A stretch of 64,000 nucleotides of DNA, taken from the IMG/VR virus record IMGVR_UViG_3300045836_000008, one strand, 5' to 3'. The stretch is from a virus (Duplodnaviria > Heunggongvirae > Uroviricota > Caudoviricetes). The notes below the pieces were generated by a model, which made no database searches, was not told the DNA's origin, and was given only the letters and a program-made list of their open reading frames with translations. This document shows, in pieces, positions 17,257-25,972 of the stretch. Each line of letters opens with the position of its first letter. Position 1 is the stretch's first letter. Both the position numbers and the translations under genes were made by a program.

Positions 17257-17445
17257 TTATCGCAGCTTGTTCTTGTGCAGCGCTGGCGGAATCTTCACCT
17301 TGGCTGTCTCGACCGAAATTACGTTACCATCGGTATCGTACTTCGTGATCGTACAGCGCCCGCAACCCTTTAGGCGCTTGCGCTCACCGCGCTTGGCGAG
17401 TTTTTGCTTTGCTTTGCGACTTCTTGCTGGTGCGACGAGTGCCAC
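17257..17445 (-). CDS. Small basic hypothetical protein
   Basis: Lys/Arg-rich ORF ending the leftward array. Confidence 0.55.
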   Translation of the reverse strand: MALVAPARSRKAKQKLAKRGERKRLKGCGRCTITKYDTDGNVISVETAKVKIPPALHKNKLR

Positions 17446-17842
17446 TGCGTTCCTTCATTTCTTCGTTGCGGATGATGTCGGCCTTCTCTACTTCTTCCTG
17501 ACGCCGGATCACTTCAAGATCGGCCTTCAGGGCTGCGTAGACGCGCTGTCCTTCCGCCCGCAGTGCCTTCATCTGGTCGAAGGCTTTGGCACGCTCACCG
17601 AACGTCAGTTCTTGCGCCTTAGCCTTCAGTGCCTTCTCTGCACCGGCCCATGTCTTCGCGACACCGATGCACACCGTTACTTCCATGCCATCGTAATCGG
17701 ATACGTCCGTAGCTACGATGTTGAACACGTTTCCGTTAGTGAGAAATCGCTTGCGCGAATCTCGATACATCTTGCCGTACTCGTCGGTCTTGTCTGCAAT
17801 GACCTTCGCGAGATTGGCGATTTCGATCCGTAAATCTTTCAC
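17384..17842 (-). CDS. Hypothetical coiled-coil protein
   Basis: GTGA coupled start MKDLRIEIANL. Confidence 0.7.
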   Translation of the reverse strand: MKDLRIEIANLAKVIADKTDEYGKMYRDSRKRFLTNGNVFNIVATDVSDYDGMEVTVCIGVAKTWAGAEKALKAKAQELTFGERAKAFDQMKALRAEGQRVYAALKADLEVIRRQEEVEKADIIRNEEMKERSGTRRTSKKSQSKAKTRQAR

Positions 17843-18024
17843 TTCTTCCACTCTTCGAAGGGCATAAAACACCCTTCCGTCCACCACTTGTTGTCGAATT
17901 CAAGCTGGTAGCGAACGTCAAACATGTTCGCATCCACTTTGCCAATGCGAAACGGCGGCATACCCGGTTGCGTTCGATGTGCAAACGCAACTGCGTCACC
18001 GACCTTGTATTTCTGTTCGGCCAT
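17839..18024 (-). CDS. Hypothetical protein
   Basis: MAEQKYKVGDAV; coupled. Confidence 0.65.
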   Translation of the reverse strand: MAEQKYKVGDAVAFAHRTQPGMPPFRIGKVDANMFDVRYQLEFDNKWWTEGCFMPFEEWKK

Positions 18025-18236
18025 CAACGGTCATCCCAAAACGAAGAACGCGGGTTAAGTTGTTTCGTGATGATGTGGCTGCACACCGGACACGTGATCG
18101 ACAGATAGTCGCCTTCACGTTGGTCCGAATTGTACTTCGCTTCGTGCTGTACAAAGCGAATCTTGGTCTTGCACGTGCTGCATGTCGCTTCGTGCGTGCG
18201 CTCGGACGGCGCGATTCCGCGATGCAGGATTTCCAT
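18024..18236 (-). CDS. Zn-ribbon-like small protein
   Basis: CSTC ... CPVC. Confidence 0.7.
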   Translation of the reverse strand: MEILHRGIAPSERTHEATCSTCKTKIRFVQHEAKYNSDQREGDYLSITCPVCSHIITKQLNPRSSFWDDR

Positions 18237-18397
18237 TACCGGTACTCGTTGCGGGCTGACGGGGCTGGTGCTACTGGTTGTGCCTTCTCTTGTTCGATCA
18301 GGGCTTTGAGATGGTTCAGGTGATGCGTCTGCACACCCGCGCCGAATGCGTTACGCGATTCAGCGATCAGGGCTTCAAGGTATTGCGTGGAATTCAT
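18236..18397 (-). CDS. Small hypothetical protein (53 aa)
   Basis: Translated by hand: MNSTQYLEALIAESRNAFG...; TAATG coupling. Confidence 0.6.
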   Translation of the reverse strand: MNSTQYLEALIAESRNAFGAGVQTHHLNHLKALIEQEKAQPVAPAPSARNEYR

Positions 18398-18612
18398 TTG
18401 CCGAAGATGCGTTTGATTTTGTCGTCCAAGAGTTTGTCAAGCTTCTCGTAGTCACCTTGGACGAAGTTGACGAGAAGATCACGTGCAACCCAATAGCGCA
18501 ACGCGTCCTGTTCAAGATCGGGATACCGGCCGGTTGCGTCTCGATTGTTGAGACGATCACCCATCATCACGATCAGGTCATGCGGTGTAAGCTTCTGGAA
18601 TTCGGTCGTCAT
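18394..18612 (-). CDS. Hypothetical protein
   Basis: MTTEFQKLTPHDL; TAATG coupling. Confidence 0.65.
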   Translation of the reverse strand: MTTEFQKLTPHDLIVMMGDRLNNRDATGRYPDLEQDALRYWVARDLLVNFVQGDYEKLDKLLDDKIKRIFGK

Positions 18613-19073
18613 TAGGGTTCCACGTTGTAGGTGTAGGTGATGTCTTCCGGGTGTGCGGTCAGCTTCTTCGCCTTTGCACAATCGGTCATGCGTGACCACG
18701 AATGGCAGTGGCCCTTCAGCGTCGTGCCTTCGATGTCGAAGTAGAAACCCCAACGCGCCAAGTCCCAAGACTGACCGCGATAGCCGCCCTTCTGGTTCCA
18801 GAAGCGGATGTTGTAAATCTTCGCGCCGAGTTCTTCTTCGATTGCGGCGGTCGCCATTGCGATGACCTTCTTCGCAATGACGCCTTCGCCTTCGGCCTTG
18901 TGTCGCTTGCGACGCGTGCCGGTGATGCCGTCCAGAATGCTATCCATCTTGCCGATGACACCGGCATAGCAGTCGTAGTGGTCCAGACTGATACCGTGGA
19001 TGCCTTCGTCGCAATAGACGGGCTTCCCGCAGTACGCGCAAGATTCCTTGGCTAGTTCACGCGGGATTGCCAT
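18612..19073 (-). CDS. Hypothetical protein (N-terminal CAYC...HYDC)
   Basis: 153-aa ORF in the packed array. Confidence 0.7.
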   Translation of the reverse strand: MAIPRELAKESCAYCGKPVYCDEGIHGISLDHYDCYAGVIGKMDSILDGITGTRRKRHKAEGEGVIAKKVIAMATAAIEEELGAKIYNIRFWNQKGGYRGQSWDLARWGFYFDIEGTTLKGHCHSWSRMTDCAKAKKLTAHPEDITYTYNVEP

Positions 19074-19227
19074 TCTTGTTCACGGCAAGGGTGAGACGGG
19101 CCTGTTCCGACTGCATAAGAGCCTTCAGGGTCTTCAGTTCGGACGGCTGGACGCCGATGGACGTGTCGCCACGCGCATGTGCTTCGCACGACTCGATCAG
19201 GTAGTTCAGGTAGGCTTCGGGAGTCAT
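19057..19227 (-). CDS. Small hypothetical protein (56 aa)
   Basis: Translated by hand: MTPEAYLNYLIESCEAHARG...; ATGA coupling. Confidence 0.6.
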   Translation of the reverse strand: MTPEAYLNYLIESCEAHARGDTSIGVQPSELKTLKALMQSEQARLTLAVNKNGNPA

Positions 19228-19427
19228 GCTTCGTTCACGTTGAGCATTTCAAGAACCCACTGCATAAGATCGCGGCGGGTGACGAGTTCGATCATGGCTT
19301 CGTCCCCGACACGCGGGAACTGCGCTTCTGAAAGATCGCGAGTGTTGATGGCCTTGCGCACGCGGTTGAACTCTTTCAGGAAAAGTTCGGCCACGTCATG
19401 CGGGCAGTCGGCGGATTGGATGGTCAT
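19224..19427 (-). CDS. Hypothetical protein
   Basis: ATGA coupling. Confidence 0.65.
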   Translation of the reverse strand: MTIQSADCPHDVAELFLKEFNRVRKAINTRDLSEAQFPRVGDEAMIELVTRRDLMQWVLEMLNVNEA

Positions 19428-19624
19428 ACGATGGCGAGTTCCGGTTTGTCGCTGACCCAGAAGAACACTTCATCCTTCTGTTCCTTTTTGGTCAGAATTG
19501 AATTCCGATGGGCGCACTCGATCTTCAAGTGTTCCTTGGTAGACGATGCCGCGAACGGGATGTCTTGCGCGATGTCGAAGTCGCCGTACTGGCGACGATA
19601 CAGAACGTAGTGGGTCTTTCTCAT
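19424..19624 (-). CDS. Hypothetical protein
   Basis: First gene after the 19648-19676 promoter; GGAG RBS. Confidence 0.7.
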   Translation of the reverse strand: MRKTHYVLYRRQYGDFDIAQDIPFAASSTKEHLKIECAHRNSILTKKEQKDEVFFWVSDKPELAIV

Positions 19625-19647
19625 TGAATCTCCATTGCAGGACGACC

Positions 19648-19676
19648 ATTATATCAAGCTTGGGTCGTCCTGTCAA
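19648..19676 (-). promoter_or_regulatory. Perfect-consensus sigma70 promoter inside a 10-bp inverted repeat
   Basis: On minus: TTGACA-17nt-TATAAT; arms caggacgacc (19638-19647) and ggtcgtcctg (19663-19672). Confidence 0.92.
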
Positions 19677-19693
19677 TCATTCCCAAAATTGGG

Positions 19694-20017
19694 TCAGAAC
19701 TGGTGTAGGGACTTTTCCGTGACCGCCATCGCTGGCCGGTCGGCTGCGTCTTGATACACGAAGAACGGCATGTCGTCAATCCACACGTCGATGCTGATCC
19801 CCAATTCGAACATGTAGTCCTTCTTGGCGCGGCGGTTGGTGAAGCAGATGCCGTCCACCTTGCCCGTAAGGTCATGGAAGACTTGTGCGCCTTCTTCCGG
19901 GCTGCGCATCGTCACACAGTAGACCTTATGGCCCCGCAAGCGGGCATAATTCACCGTGTTCAGCCAGAAGACCGGATCGCGGGTGAAGGTGTTGTCGTAA
20001 TCAAGGCTGATGTTCAT
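19694..20017 (-). CDS. HAD-superfamily hydrolase-like protein
   Basis: ISLDYDNTFT (DxDxT), VYCVTMR, IDVWIDD motifs. Confidence 0.7.
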   Translation of the reverse strand: MNISLDYDNTFTRDPVFWLNTVNYARLRGHKVYCVTMRSPEEGAQVFHDLTGKVDGICFTNRRAKKDYMFELGISIDVWIDDMPFFVYQDAADRPAMAVTEKSLHQF

Positions 20018-20283
20018 AGTGGGTAGTCTCGCCACTCTTGGGTAAGGGTGAACATGTCGAATAGTTCTTCGAGCGTGAACGACAGATTCACATCGTGCGA
20101 CTGCGGATGCACCAGTTGAACCTTGAAGTCCTTCAAGTATCGGTACTCTTCTCGAAGCTGCGTGGCGCGACGTATGCGCCGCAACTGTTCGATCTTGCGT
20201 TCGTTCTCGATGCGCGAAAGTTCATCGGCATCAAGAACGCGGTATTGCGCCGCCTGTACAGCGGTCATTCCGGGATGGCTCAT
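20014..20283 (-). CDS. Hypothetical protein
   Basis: ATGA coupling. Confidence 0.65.
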   Translation of the reverse strand: MSHPGMTAVQAAQYRVLDADELSRIENERKIEQLRRIRRATQLREEYRYLKDFKVQLVHPQSHDVNLSFTLEELFDMFTLTQEWRDYPL

Positions 20284-20495
20284 CGATTCGGGTCTTCAAA
20301 CCAGATGCCCGAACGCATCTCTTCGAGTGCGACATCTTCTTCGTATAGGATTTGTTCGGGCGTTTTCTCGGGTCCGATGTCTTCGGCAAGCTGCTGTTTC
20401 TTCTTACCGAAGATGCGGTCGTAGTTGTCGCGGTACGCGTCAGTCGTACCCTTGGTTGCGATCAGGTCGCCAGTGATGGGGTTTCGTGTCGTCAT
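20280..20495 (-). CDS. Small hypothetical phage protein (NPITGDLI...YRDNYDRIFGKK)
   Basis: Motif recalled from small phage proteins; start moved to ATG 20495. Confidence 0.7.
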   Translation of the reverse strand: MTTRNPITGDLIATKGTTDAYRDNYDRIFGKKKQQLAEDIGPEKTPEQILYEEDVALEEMRSGIWFEDPNR

Positions 20496-20598
20496 TGGAA
20501 AAAGTGGTGCAGCATCGCCATTGCGCTCACAGCGGCAATTAGGACGACATACACGGTTGGTTCTCTCGGGTCCGGTGGAAGGATACATGTGGTTTGGA

Positions 20599-20928
20599 TC
20601 AGGCTTCGGAGTGGCATACCAGTTCTTCCGATAGCAATTCGACCGGCAACGGAAAGTCGATCAGGGCTTTTACCTTCTTCTTCGCCCATCCGCTGTCGGA
20701 CAGCTTCAGTTCGCTTTCGAGCGCCGTGAACTCCGCACCATCAACAAGCATGCGTACCTTGTAACAGAACGGGATGATGTCCCATCCTTCCGACTTGCTG
20801 ACATGGTTGGTCAGTTGCGCGATCACTTCGCACTCTTCACCGTCATACTTGTAGGTGTCGGTCTTCGAAGTGAAGGTCGGGTCGTTGATGGTGATGCAGA
20901 TGTCACCAACTTCAAATTTGTGTGTCAT
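20599..20928 (-). CDS. Hypothetical protein
   Basis: MTHKFEVGDIC; packed array. Confidence 0.7.
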   Translation of the reverse strand: MTHKFEVGDICITINDPTFTSKTDTYKYDGEECEVIAQLTNHVSKSEGWDIIPFCYKVRMLVDGAEFTALESELKLSDSGWAKKKVKALIDFPLPVELLSEELVCHSEA

Positions 20929-21143
20929 TTCTTCATCACCGGGAATTCGAGTGCTTCATAAATTCTGTACTCCGCTTTGGGACTGATGGTCTGCGCGAGT
21001 TCCATGACTGCGCGTGCATCGCTCTTCACTTCAATCGGGTCTTCGTGAATGGGTTTCCAACCATCCGTGGTCAGTCTTTCGACGTTCCAGCCGAGATGGT
21101 TGGTTGCCAACGGAAGACCGTCTTCATCAAAGACGACGGTCAT
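20925..21143 (-). CDS. Hypothetical protein
   Basis: ATGA coupling. Confidence 0.65.
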   Translation of the reverse strand: MTVVFDEDGLPLATNHLGWNVERLTTDGWKPIHEDPIEVKSDARAVMELAQTISPKAEYRIYEALEFPVMKK

Positions 21144-21147
21144 TGCG

Positions 21148-21543
21148 TTATGCCTTTGCCGGTAGGCGCTCGATTACGGGTTCACCGTAGTTGTACGATT
21201 CCACGTGACCGTCATAGAAGTGCAGACGGCATTCGTTCCGATACCAACCCTTCTCGGTGTTGTAGATCGACTCGCCGTAGACTTCGGGATGGTCCGTGCC
21301 ATCGCTGTCATCGATGTAGCTGGACCAACGTGGACCGCAGCATTCGCAATAGCCGTGGTACAGCTTGTCCCAGATGTAGTCGATGGCTTCTTTTGCGCTC
21401 GCCGCTTGCACGAACACATCTTCGGCCTGATTTTCATCGACTTCGAAGTGACCGCCACTGTTGTTCTGCGAGAAGTGGAACCACTTCAATTTCATCGTCA
21501 CGGTCGCAGTGCCGTCATCATGTAAAACTACTTCTCGACTCAC
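21148..21543 (-). CDS. Conserved phage hypothetical protein (FSQNNSGG...CECCGPRW)
   Basis: Motif pair recalled from many lytic phages. Confidence 0.75.
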   Translation of the reverse strand: MSREVVLHDDGTATVTMKLKWFHFSQNNSGGHFEVDENQAEDVFVQAASAKEAIDYIWDKLYHGYCECCGPRWSSYIDDSDGTDHPEVYGESIYNTEKGWYRNECRLHFYDGHVESYNYGEPVIERLPAKA

Positions 21544-21725
21544 TTCTTTTCCTTTTTCAGTTCTTCGAGATTGAAGAAATCCGTCACGGTCGCGTCTTTC
21601 CAGTAACAGTCAAAATCACCGGGCCAGTTACCCGGTGTTCGGACTTCGACCTGAAGGATCATCTTGCCGCGCCAGTTGGTGCGGTAGTTCGTATTGCCGG
21701 TGTAATCCGGGCGTCGAATGTTCAT
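21540..21725 (-). CDS. Hypothetical protein
   Basis: ATGA coupling. Confidence 0.65.
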   Translation of the reverse strand: MNIRRPDYTGNTNYRTNWRGKMILQVEVRTPGNWPGDFDCYWKDATVTDFFNLEELKKEKK

Positions 21726-22111
21726 AGGTCCAGTTCGATCTTCAGCAGCTTTGCAGCCATGATGATGTCTTCGGTCTTCACGTCATCGTGCAAGCGAGCC
21801 GTATAGCCGTTGAAGTGCCTACGGAATTCGTCAAACACCTTCCGACGCGTCTTTTCGGTGTAATACGCTTCGGGACTACGGACCAGATGACGCTTGTTCC
21901 CGTAGTCGGACTTCTCGATGCCATCTTCGATTTCGAACTGACCAAGTTCCGACTTGTATTGGCCGGTTGACCTGATCGAGATGTACTTTCGCCCAACCTT
22001 GGTCACGACCGCTTCTTCGATTAACTCTTCTTCCGACGAACGCCAACGCGTTTTCGTGACCCAGATTATGTCACCAACCTTCACGTCTGCGAATTTTTTC
22101 TTTTCTACCAT
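21722..22111 (-). CDS. Hypothetical protein (KVGD...VVTKVGRKYI, SH3/KOW-like)
   Basis: 129-aa ORF in the array. Confidence 0.7.
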   Translation of the reverse strand: MVEKKKFADVKVGDIIWVTKTRWRSSEEELIEEAVVTKVGRKYISIRSTGQYKSELGQFEIEDGIEKSDYGNKRHLVRSPEAYYTEKTRRKVFDEFRRHFNGYTARLHDDVKTEDIIMAAKLLKIELDL

Positions 22112-22302
22112 CTCTTCGCTATTACTTCATGACCACACGGCGGACAGACGATGAAATACTTCGTCTCACCGTCTCCGGTGTAGTCGCGTTCAAATCGGTC
22201 TTGTACGTCCTTGGGCGTGTATTCCAACGTTGCGCCGCAATTACGACAGACCACTTCTTTGACCACACTCGGGTGCGGTACGGTGCTGATGACCTTAACC
22301 AT
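22105..22302 (-). CDS. Zn-ribbon-like small protein
   Basis: CRNC ... CPPC. Confidence 0.7.
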   Translation of the reverse strand: MVKVISTVPHPSVVKEVVCRNCGATLEYTPKDVQDRFERDYTGDGETKYFIVCPPCGHEVIAKRW

Positions 22303-22573
22303 ACTTCTTCTTCAGGGCTTCGTACTGGTTGCGTTCTCGGGCTTCGGCACGTGCTTCGTTCTCAACTTCTTGAGCGACACGCTTGGCGTATTCCATGTCG
22401 GTTTCGAGTTCATCGGCAACGATTGCCATATAACTACCGCCGTTGTACGGATATTCACGCTCTTCGATACGCAACGAATCACCATACAACTCGATGTAGC
22501 TCTGAAGTGTCTCGATCAGGCCAGATGCGCTCTCACCATCGAGATATAGCGAATCTATTTCCTTCTGGACCAT
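22295..22573 (-). CDS. Hypothetical acidic protein
   Basis: ORF in the array; start uncertain (22573 or 22603). Confidence 0.65.
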   Translation of the reverse strand: MVQKEIDSLYLDGESASGLIETLQSYIELYGDSLRIEEREYPYNGGSYMAIVADELETDMEYAKRVAQEVENEARAEARERNQYEALKKKYG

Positions 22574-22586
22574 CTTGCGTTCGCGA

Positions 22587-23141
22587 TTAACCAAACTTGA
22601 CAATTTCCGGTTGTTTCAGGGTGCAGGGCACATAGCCCATCAAGTCACTGGTCTTGACTTCGATGGTTTGGATAGGGCGGTTGTTTTTCGACTTCACCCA
22701 ATAGTCGTCACCGACCGGCAGAAACGTGTTCAGGCGAATCTGCTGGATGCCGTCACGGAACTCGCTGTAGATCATCACAGCGAACGTATCGAACTTCACG
22801 AACAGGTCAACGTCCTTCAGCAAGATGTCGCCGCGCTTCTCGAAGACGTAGGACAACAGCTTGAACATGAACAGACGGTCTTCACGCTTGGCGAAGTTGC
22901 GATCCACCAGACGTTCGGGGAAGTGCTTCGAGATGAACACACGCGTGTGTTTGCCATAGACCATCTCGACAATCTTGGTCAACGGCCCGCCAGCGAAACG
23001 CGAGTAGTCGCGTGCGAGTTCGTTCACCTTGGCGCGCTTGACCAGACCTTCGGTGCTGCTGACTTGACCGGTTTGGGTTTGTGTGGCGATCATCTTCTCT
23101 ACGTCCTTTACTTTCTCTAGTTTGTCTACATGAACACTCAT
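22587..23141 (-). CDS. Hypothetical protein
   Basis: 184-aa ORF after the promoter at 23162-23190. Confidence 0.75.
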   Translation of the reverse strand: MSVHVDKLEKVKDVEKMIATQTQTGQVSSTEGLVKRAKVNELARDYSRFAGGPLTKIVEMVYGKHTRVFISKHFPERLVDRNFAKREDRLFMFKLLSYVFEKRGDILLKDVDLFVKFDTFAVMIYSEFRDGIQQIRLNTFLPVGDDYWVKSKNNRPIQTIEVKTSDLMGYVPCTLKQPEIVKFG

Positions 23142-23161
23142 GGGTGTGACTGCGAGTTCGA

Positions 23162-23190
23162 ATCATACCCGAACATGTTTGGGAATGCAA
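23162..23190 (-). promoter_or_regulatory. sigma70-type promoter
   Basis: On minus: TTGCAT-17nt-TATGAT, with the ATTCCCA motif overlapping the -35. Confidence 0.65.
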
Positions 23191-23227
23191 CAACTTTGCG
23201 AGAACGTGTGGCAACGAACAGACGCGC

Positions 23228-23262
23228 AAAATAAAACCGGCCCATGTAACACACAGGCCGGT
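23228..23262 (-). terminator. Rho-independent terminator for the 23349-23570 gene
   Basis: On minus: accggcc stem, 13-nt loop, ggccggt, then TTTATTTT. Confidence 0.65.
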
Positions 23263-23348
23263 CGGCGTCAAGCAGTAGGAAAACTAGGGAGTTACCCTAC
23301 TATCGCTGGTCTTACGATTGGCGTAGGGTCGTTGGTTGCTGTTGGGAC

Positions 23349-23570
23349 TTAGGCCGTGGCAGTGAGAACACCCCGGCCAGAATCGAGAACGTTGTTTATC
23401 TGAGATTCAAGGCGGTCTGCCACTCTGGTGTGGCTTTCCGCAGCCGTGCGGTACAGCGTCGCCATGCAAACCTTTCCGTCTTCATCTGCAAGCGCCGCGA
23501 AGTCCAAGAATAGCTTGGCGTTGCGGCGGTGATCCCGGATGCGTGCTTCGGTGATGCTAGTCATCGTCAT
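23349..23570 (-). CDS. Hypothetical protein
   Basis: MTMTSITEARIRDHRR; GGAG RBS; has its own promoter and terminator. Confidence 0.65.
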   Translation of the reverse strand: MTMTSITEARIRDHRRNAKLFLDFAALADEDGKVCMATLYRTAAESHTRVADRLESQINNVLDSGRGVLTATA

Positions 23571-23635
23571 GTCATGAACTCCAATAAATATTAAACGATA
23601 GTTCTTTCTCCAGTTGGTCCAACTACAACAGCAAG

Positions 23636-23671
23636 ACAGTACCATACATTTCTGACGATTACAAGCACTTT
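23636..23671 (-). promoter_or_regulatory. Probable sigma70 promoter (AAAGTGC class)
   Basis: On minus: AAAGTGC-TTGTAA-17nt-TACTGT. Confidence 0.55.
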
Positions 23672-23731
23672 TTACAGGCTTGGTCGTCTGTCTGCGTTTG
23701 TCCATTGTTGGCCGATTGATCCACAACTACC

Positions 23732-23738
23732 ATAAATA
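23732..23738 (+). promoter_or_regulatory. Late promoter (ATAAATA) for the gp25 operon
   Basis: cATAAATA just upstream of the gp25 ATG at 23746. Confidence 0.65.
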
Positions 23739-23745
23739 TTGGATC

Positions 23746-24150
23746 ATGGCAATCACTGTATCTACCACAAACCGCGTTTTTCGTGATTTGGATTTGCTCT
23801 TCGCTGCAAACCCCATCACTGGCGATGTCTCGATGAAATACGACGACAACGCGGTGAAGCAGTCGGTGAAGAACCTGATCCAAATGCGACCATACGAGTC
23901 GCCGTTCCATCCCGAAATCTCTAGCCAAGTCTACAGCCTGTTGTTCGAACTGCCGACACCTGTCACGGCTGAATTGATTAGGACTTCGATCATTCAAGTC
24001 CTGACCAAGTTTGAACCGCGTCTCGACAGCTTCGATGTCACCGTGACGGATAACCAAGACGCGAACGCATACAACATCACGGTTGAATTCATCATCAAGG
24101 GTTCCGACCAGTCGGTGACGGTCAACACCTTGCTTTACCGGACACGCTAA
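23746..24150 (+). CDS. gp25: Baseplate wedge subunit
   Basis: FRDLDLLFAANPITGDV, AVKQSVKNLI, YESPFHPEI, FEPR; start moved to ATG 23746. Confidence 0.92.
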   Translation: MAITVSTTNRVFRDLDLLFAANPITGDVSMKYDDNAVKQSVKNLIQMRPYESPFHPEISSQVYSLLFELPTPVTAELIRTSIIQVLTKFEPRLDSFDVTVTDNQDANAYNITVEFIIKGSDQSVTVNTLLYRTR

Positions 24151-25967
24151 TGGCAACTACACCAACGATTACTGATCTTGACTTTGACGACATCAAGGCG
24201 TCGCTGCGTGCCTATCTGTCGGGTCAGACACAGTTCACGGACTACGACTTCGAAGGTTCGGGACTGACGCAGCTATTGAATATCCTTGCACTGAACACGC
24301 ACTACAACGCGTTCCTTGCGAATGGTACGTTCAACGAAACGTTCCTTGACACGGCGATCAAGCGGGCGAACATCGTCTCGCGTGCGAAAGAGATGGGCTA
24401 CACGTCCCGCTCTGCACGCAGCGCAACCGCGACCATCGAAATCGATGTGACCGAACCAACGCAGACGCCGACCACGCTGACGCTTCCGCAGTACACGCCG
24501 TTCACGACTTCGATCAACGGTCAGACCTTCACGTTCTACAACATCGAGCCGATCAACGCGCCGCTCGTAGATGGGTCTTACACGTTCTCCAACGTCACGC
24601 TGTATGAAGGGACACTCGTCACCAACACATTCACCTACGATGGCGTGTCGGCCCCGTATTTCACGATCCCGAACGAAGCGGTAGACCTGACTACGCTTTC
24701 GGTCAAGGTGCAGCCGTCAGCCGGTTCGACCACGGTGGTTCCCTTCACGTTCTATGACTCGATCATTGGCGTGACCAATACGACCAACGCGTACTTCGTT
24801 CAAGAGTCCGCGCAAGAACTGTATCAGGTGTACTTCGGTGACGGCGCTATCGGTGCTGCGCTTCAGCAAGGCAATGTGGTTTCGTTGACGTACCTTGTGT
24901 CATCTCTTGATGCCGCGAACGTCTCGTCATCGAAGTTCGCACAGACCTTCAGCTACGCGGGCGACATCGGCGGCAATACGACCATCGCACTGCGCACGGT
25001 CAGCAACAGCCAAGGCGGTATCGACAAGGAAGACGCAGCGTCTATCCAGTTCAATGCGCCGCTGGCAATGAAACGTGCATCACGCATCATCACATCGGGC
25101 GACTACCTGTCGGCCATTGGTGACGGTGAAACCACGGTGCAGTCGATTGCGGTGTGGGGCGGCGAAGACAACATCCCGCCAGTGTACGGCAAGGTGTTCA
25201 TCTGTCTGAAGCCCTACGATGGCTATGTCATCTCGGATGCAGTGAAGAACGACATCACGACGAACATCCTTGGTAAGCAGGGCAACATGCTGGTCACACC
25301 GGTCTACGTCGATCCTGACTACGTGTACCTGACGCTGAATGTCACGTCTACCTACGATCCGAACTCAACCACGGTCACGTCAACGGACATCGAAGGCTAC
25401 ATCGTCAACACGATCAACACGTACTTCGCGCAGAACCTTGACAAGTTCAAGCAGACGTTCCGCTTCTCGCGCCTGTCGAAACTGATCGATGCAACGAACG
25501 ATTCGCTGGACAGCAACATCATGACGATGAAGCTGCAAAAGCGCTACACGATGCCGCTGAACTATCCGGTCAATCTCGACATGACTTTCCCGGTTCCGCT
25601 GCTACCCGGTTCGATGGATTCGAACGTCTTCATCTACTCGGTTGGCGATCAGTTGAACCAGACTGCGCAATTCATTGACGATGGCGCAGGTAACGTTTCG
25701 ATCAAGTCTGCGCTTACCGGCGCGGTGCTATCGCCCAACGTTGGTTGGGTGAACTACAAGACCGGTGAGATGGTTGTGAAGAACTTCATCATCGGTGGTC
25801 TGGTCGGCGGTGTCGAAGACATCCGTATCAGTTTCAGCCCGAAGAACGCAATCACGGATGTGAGTTCGAATCTGAACCAAATCATCATGCTTGACGATTC
25901 GACTGCGATCAGCAATGCAAACATCTCTGCTGGCCTAACCGTTTCGGTGGTTGCAGATAACGACTAA
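24150..25967 (+). CDS. gp6: Baseplate wedge subunit
   Basis: DLDFDDIKASLRAYLSGQTQFTDYDFEGSGL, YQVYFGDG, VWGGEDNIPPVYGKVFI. Confidence 0.95.
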   Translation: MATTPTITDLDFDDIKASLRAYLSGQTQFTDYDFEGSGLTQLLNILALNTHYNAFLANGTFNETFLDTAIKRANIVSRAKEMGYTSRSARSATATIEIDVTEPTQTPTTLTLPQYTPFTTSINGQTFTFYNIEPINAPLVDGSYTFSNVTLYEGTLVTNTFTYDGVSAPYFTIPNEAVDLTTLSVKVQPSAGSTTVVPFTFYDSIIGVTNTTNAYFVQESAQELYQVYFGDGAIGAALQQGNVVSLTYLVSSLDAANVSSSKFAQTFSYAGDIGGNTTIALRTVSNSQGGIDKEDAASIQFNAPLAMKRASRIITSGDYLSAIGDGETTVQSIAVWGGEDNIPPVYGKVFICLKPYDGYVISDAVKNDITTNILGKQGNMLVTPVYVDPDYVYLTLNVTSTYDPNSTTVTSTDIEGYIVNTINTYFAQNLDKFKQTFRFSRLSKLIDATNDSLDSNIMTMKLQKRYTMPLNYPVNLDMTFPVPLLPGSMDSNVFIYSVGDQLNQTAQFIDDGAGNVSIKSALTGAVLSPNVGWVNYKTGEMVVKNFIIGGLVGGVEDIRISFSPKNAITDVSSNLNQIIMLDDSTAISNANISAGLTVSVVADND

Positions 25968-25972
25968 AACAC

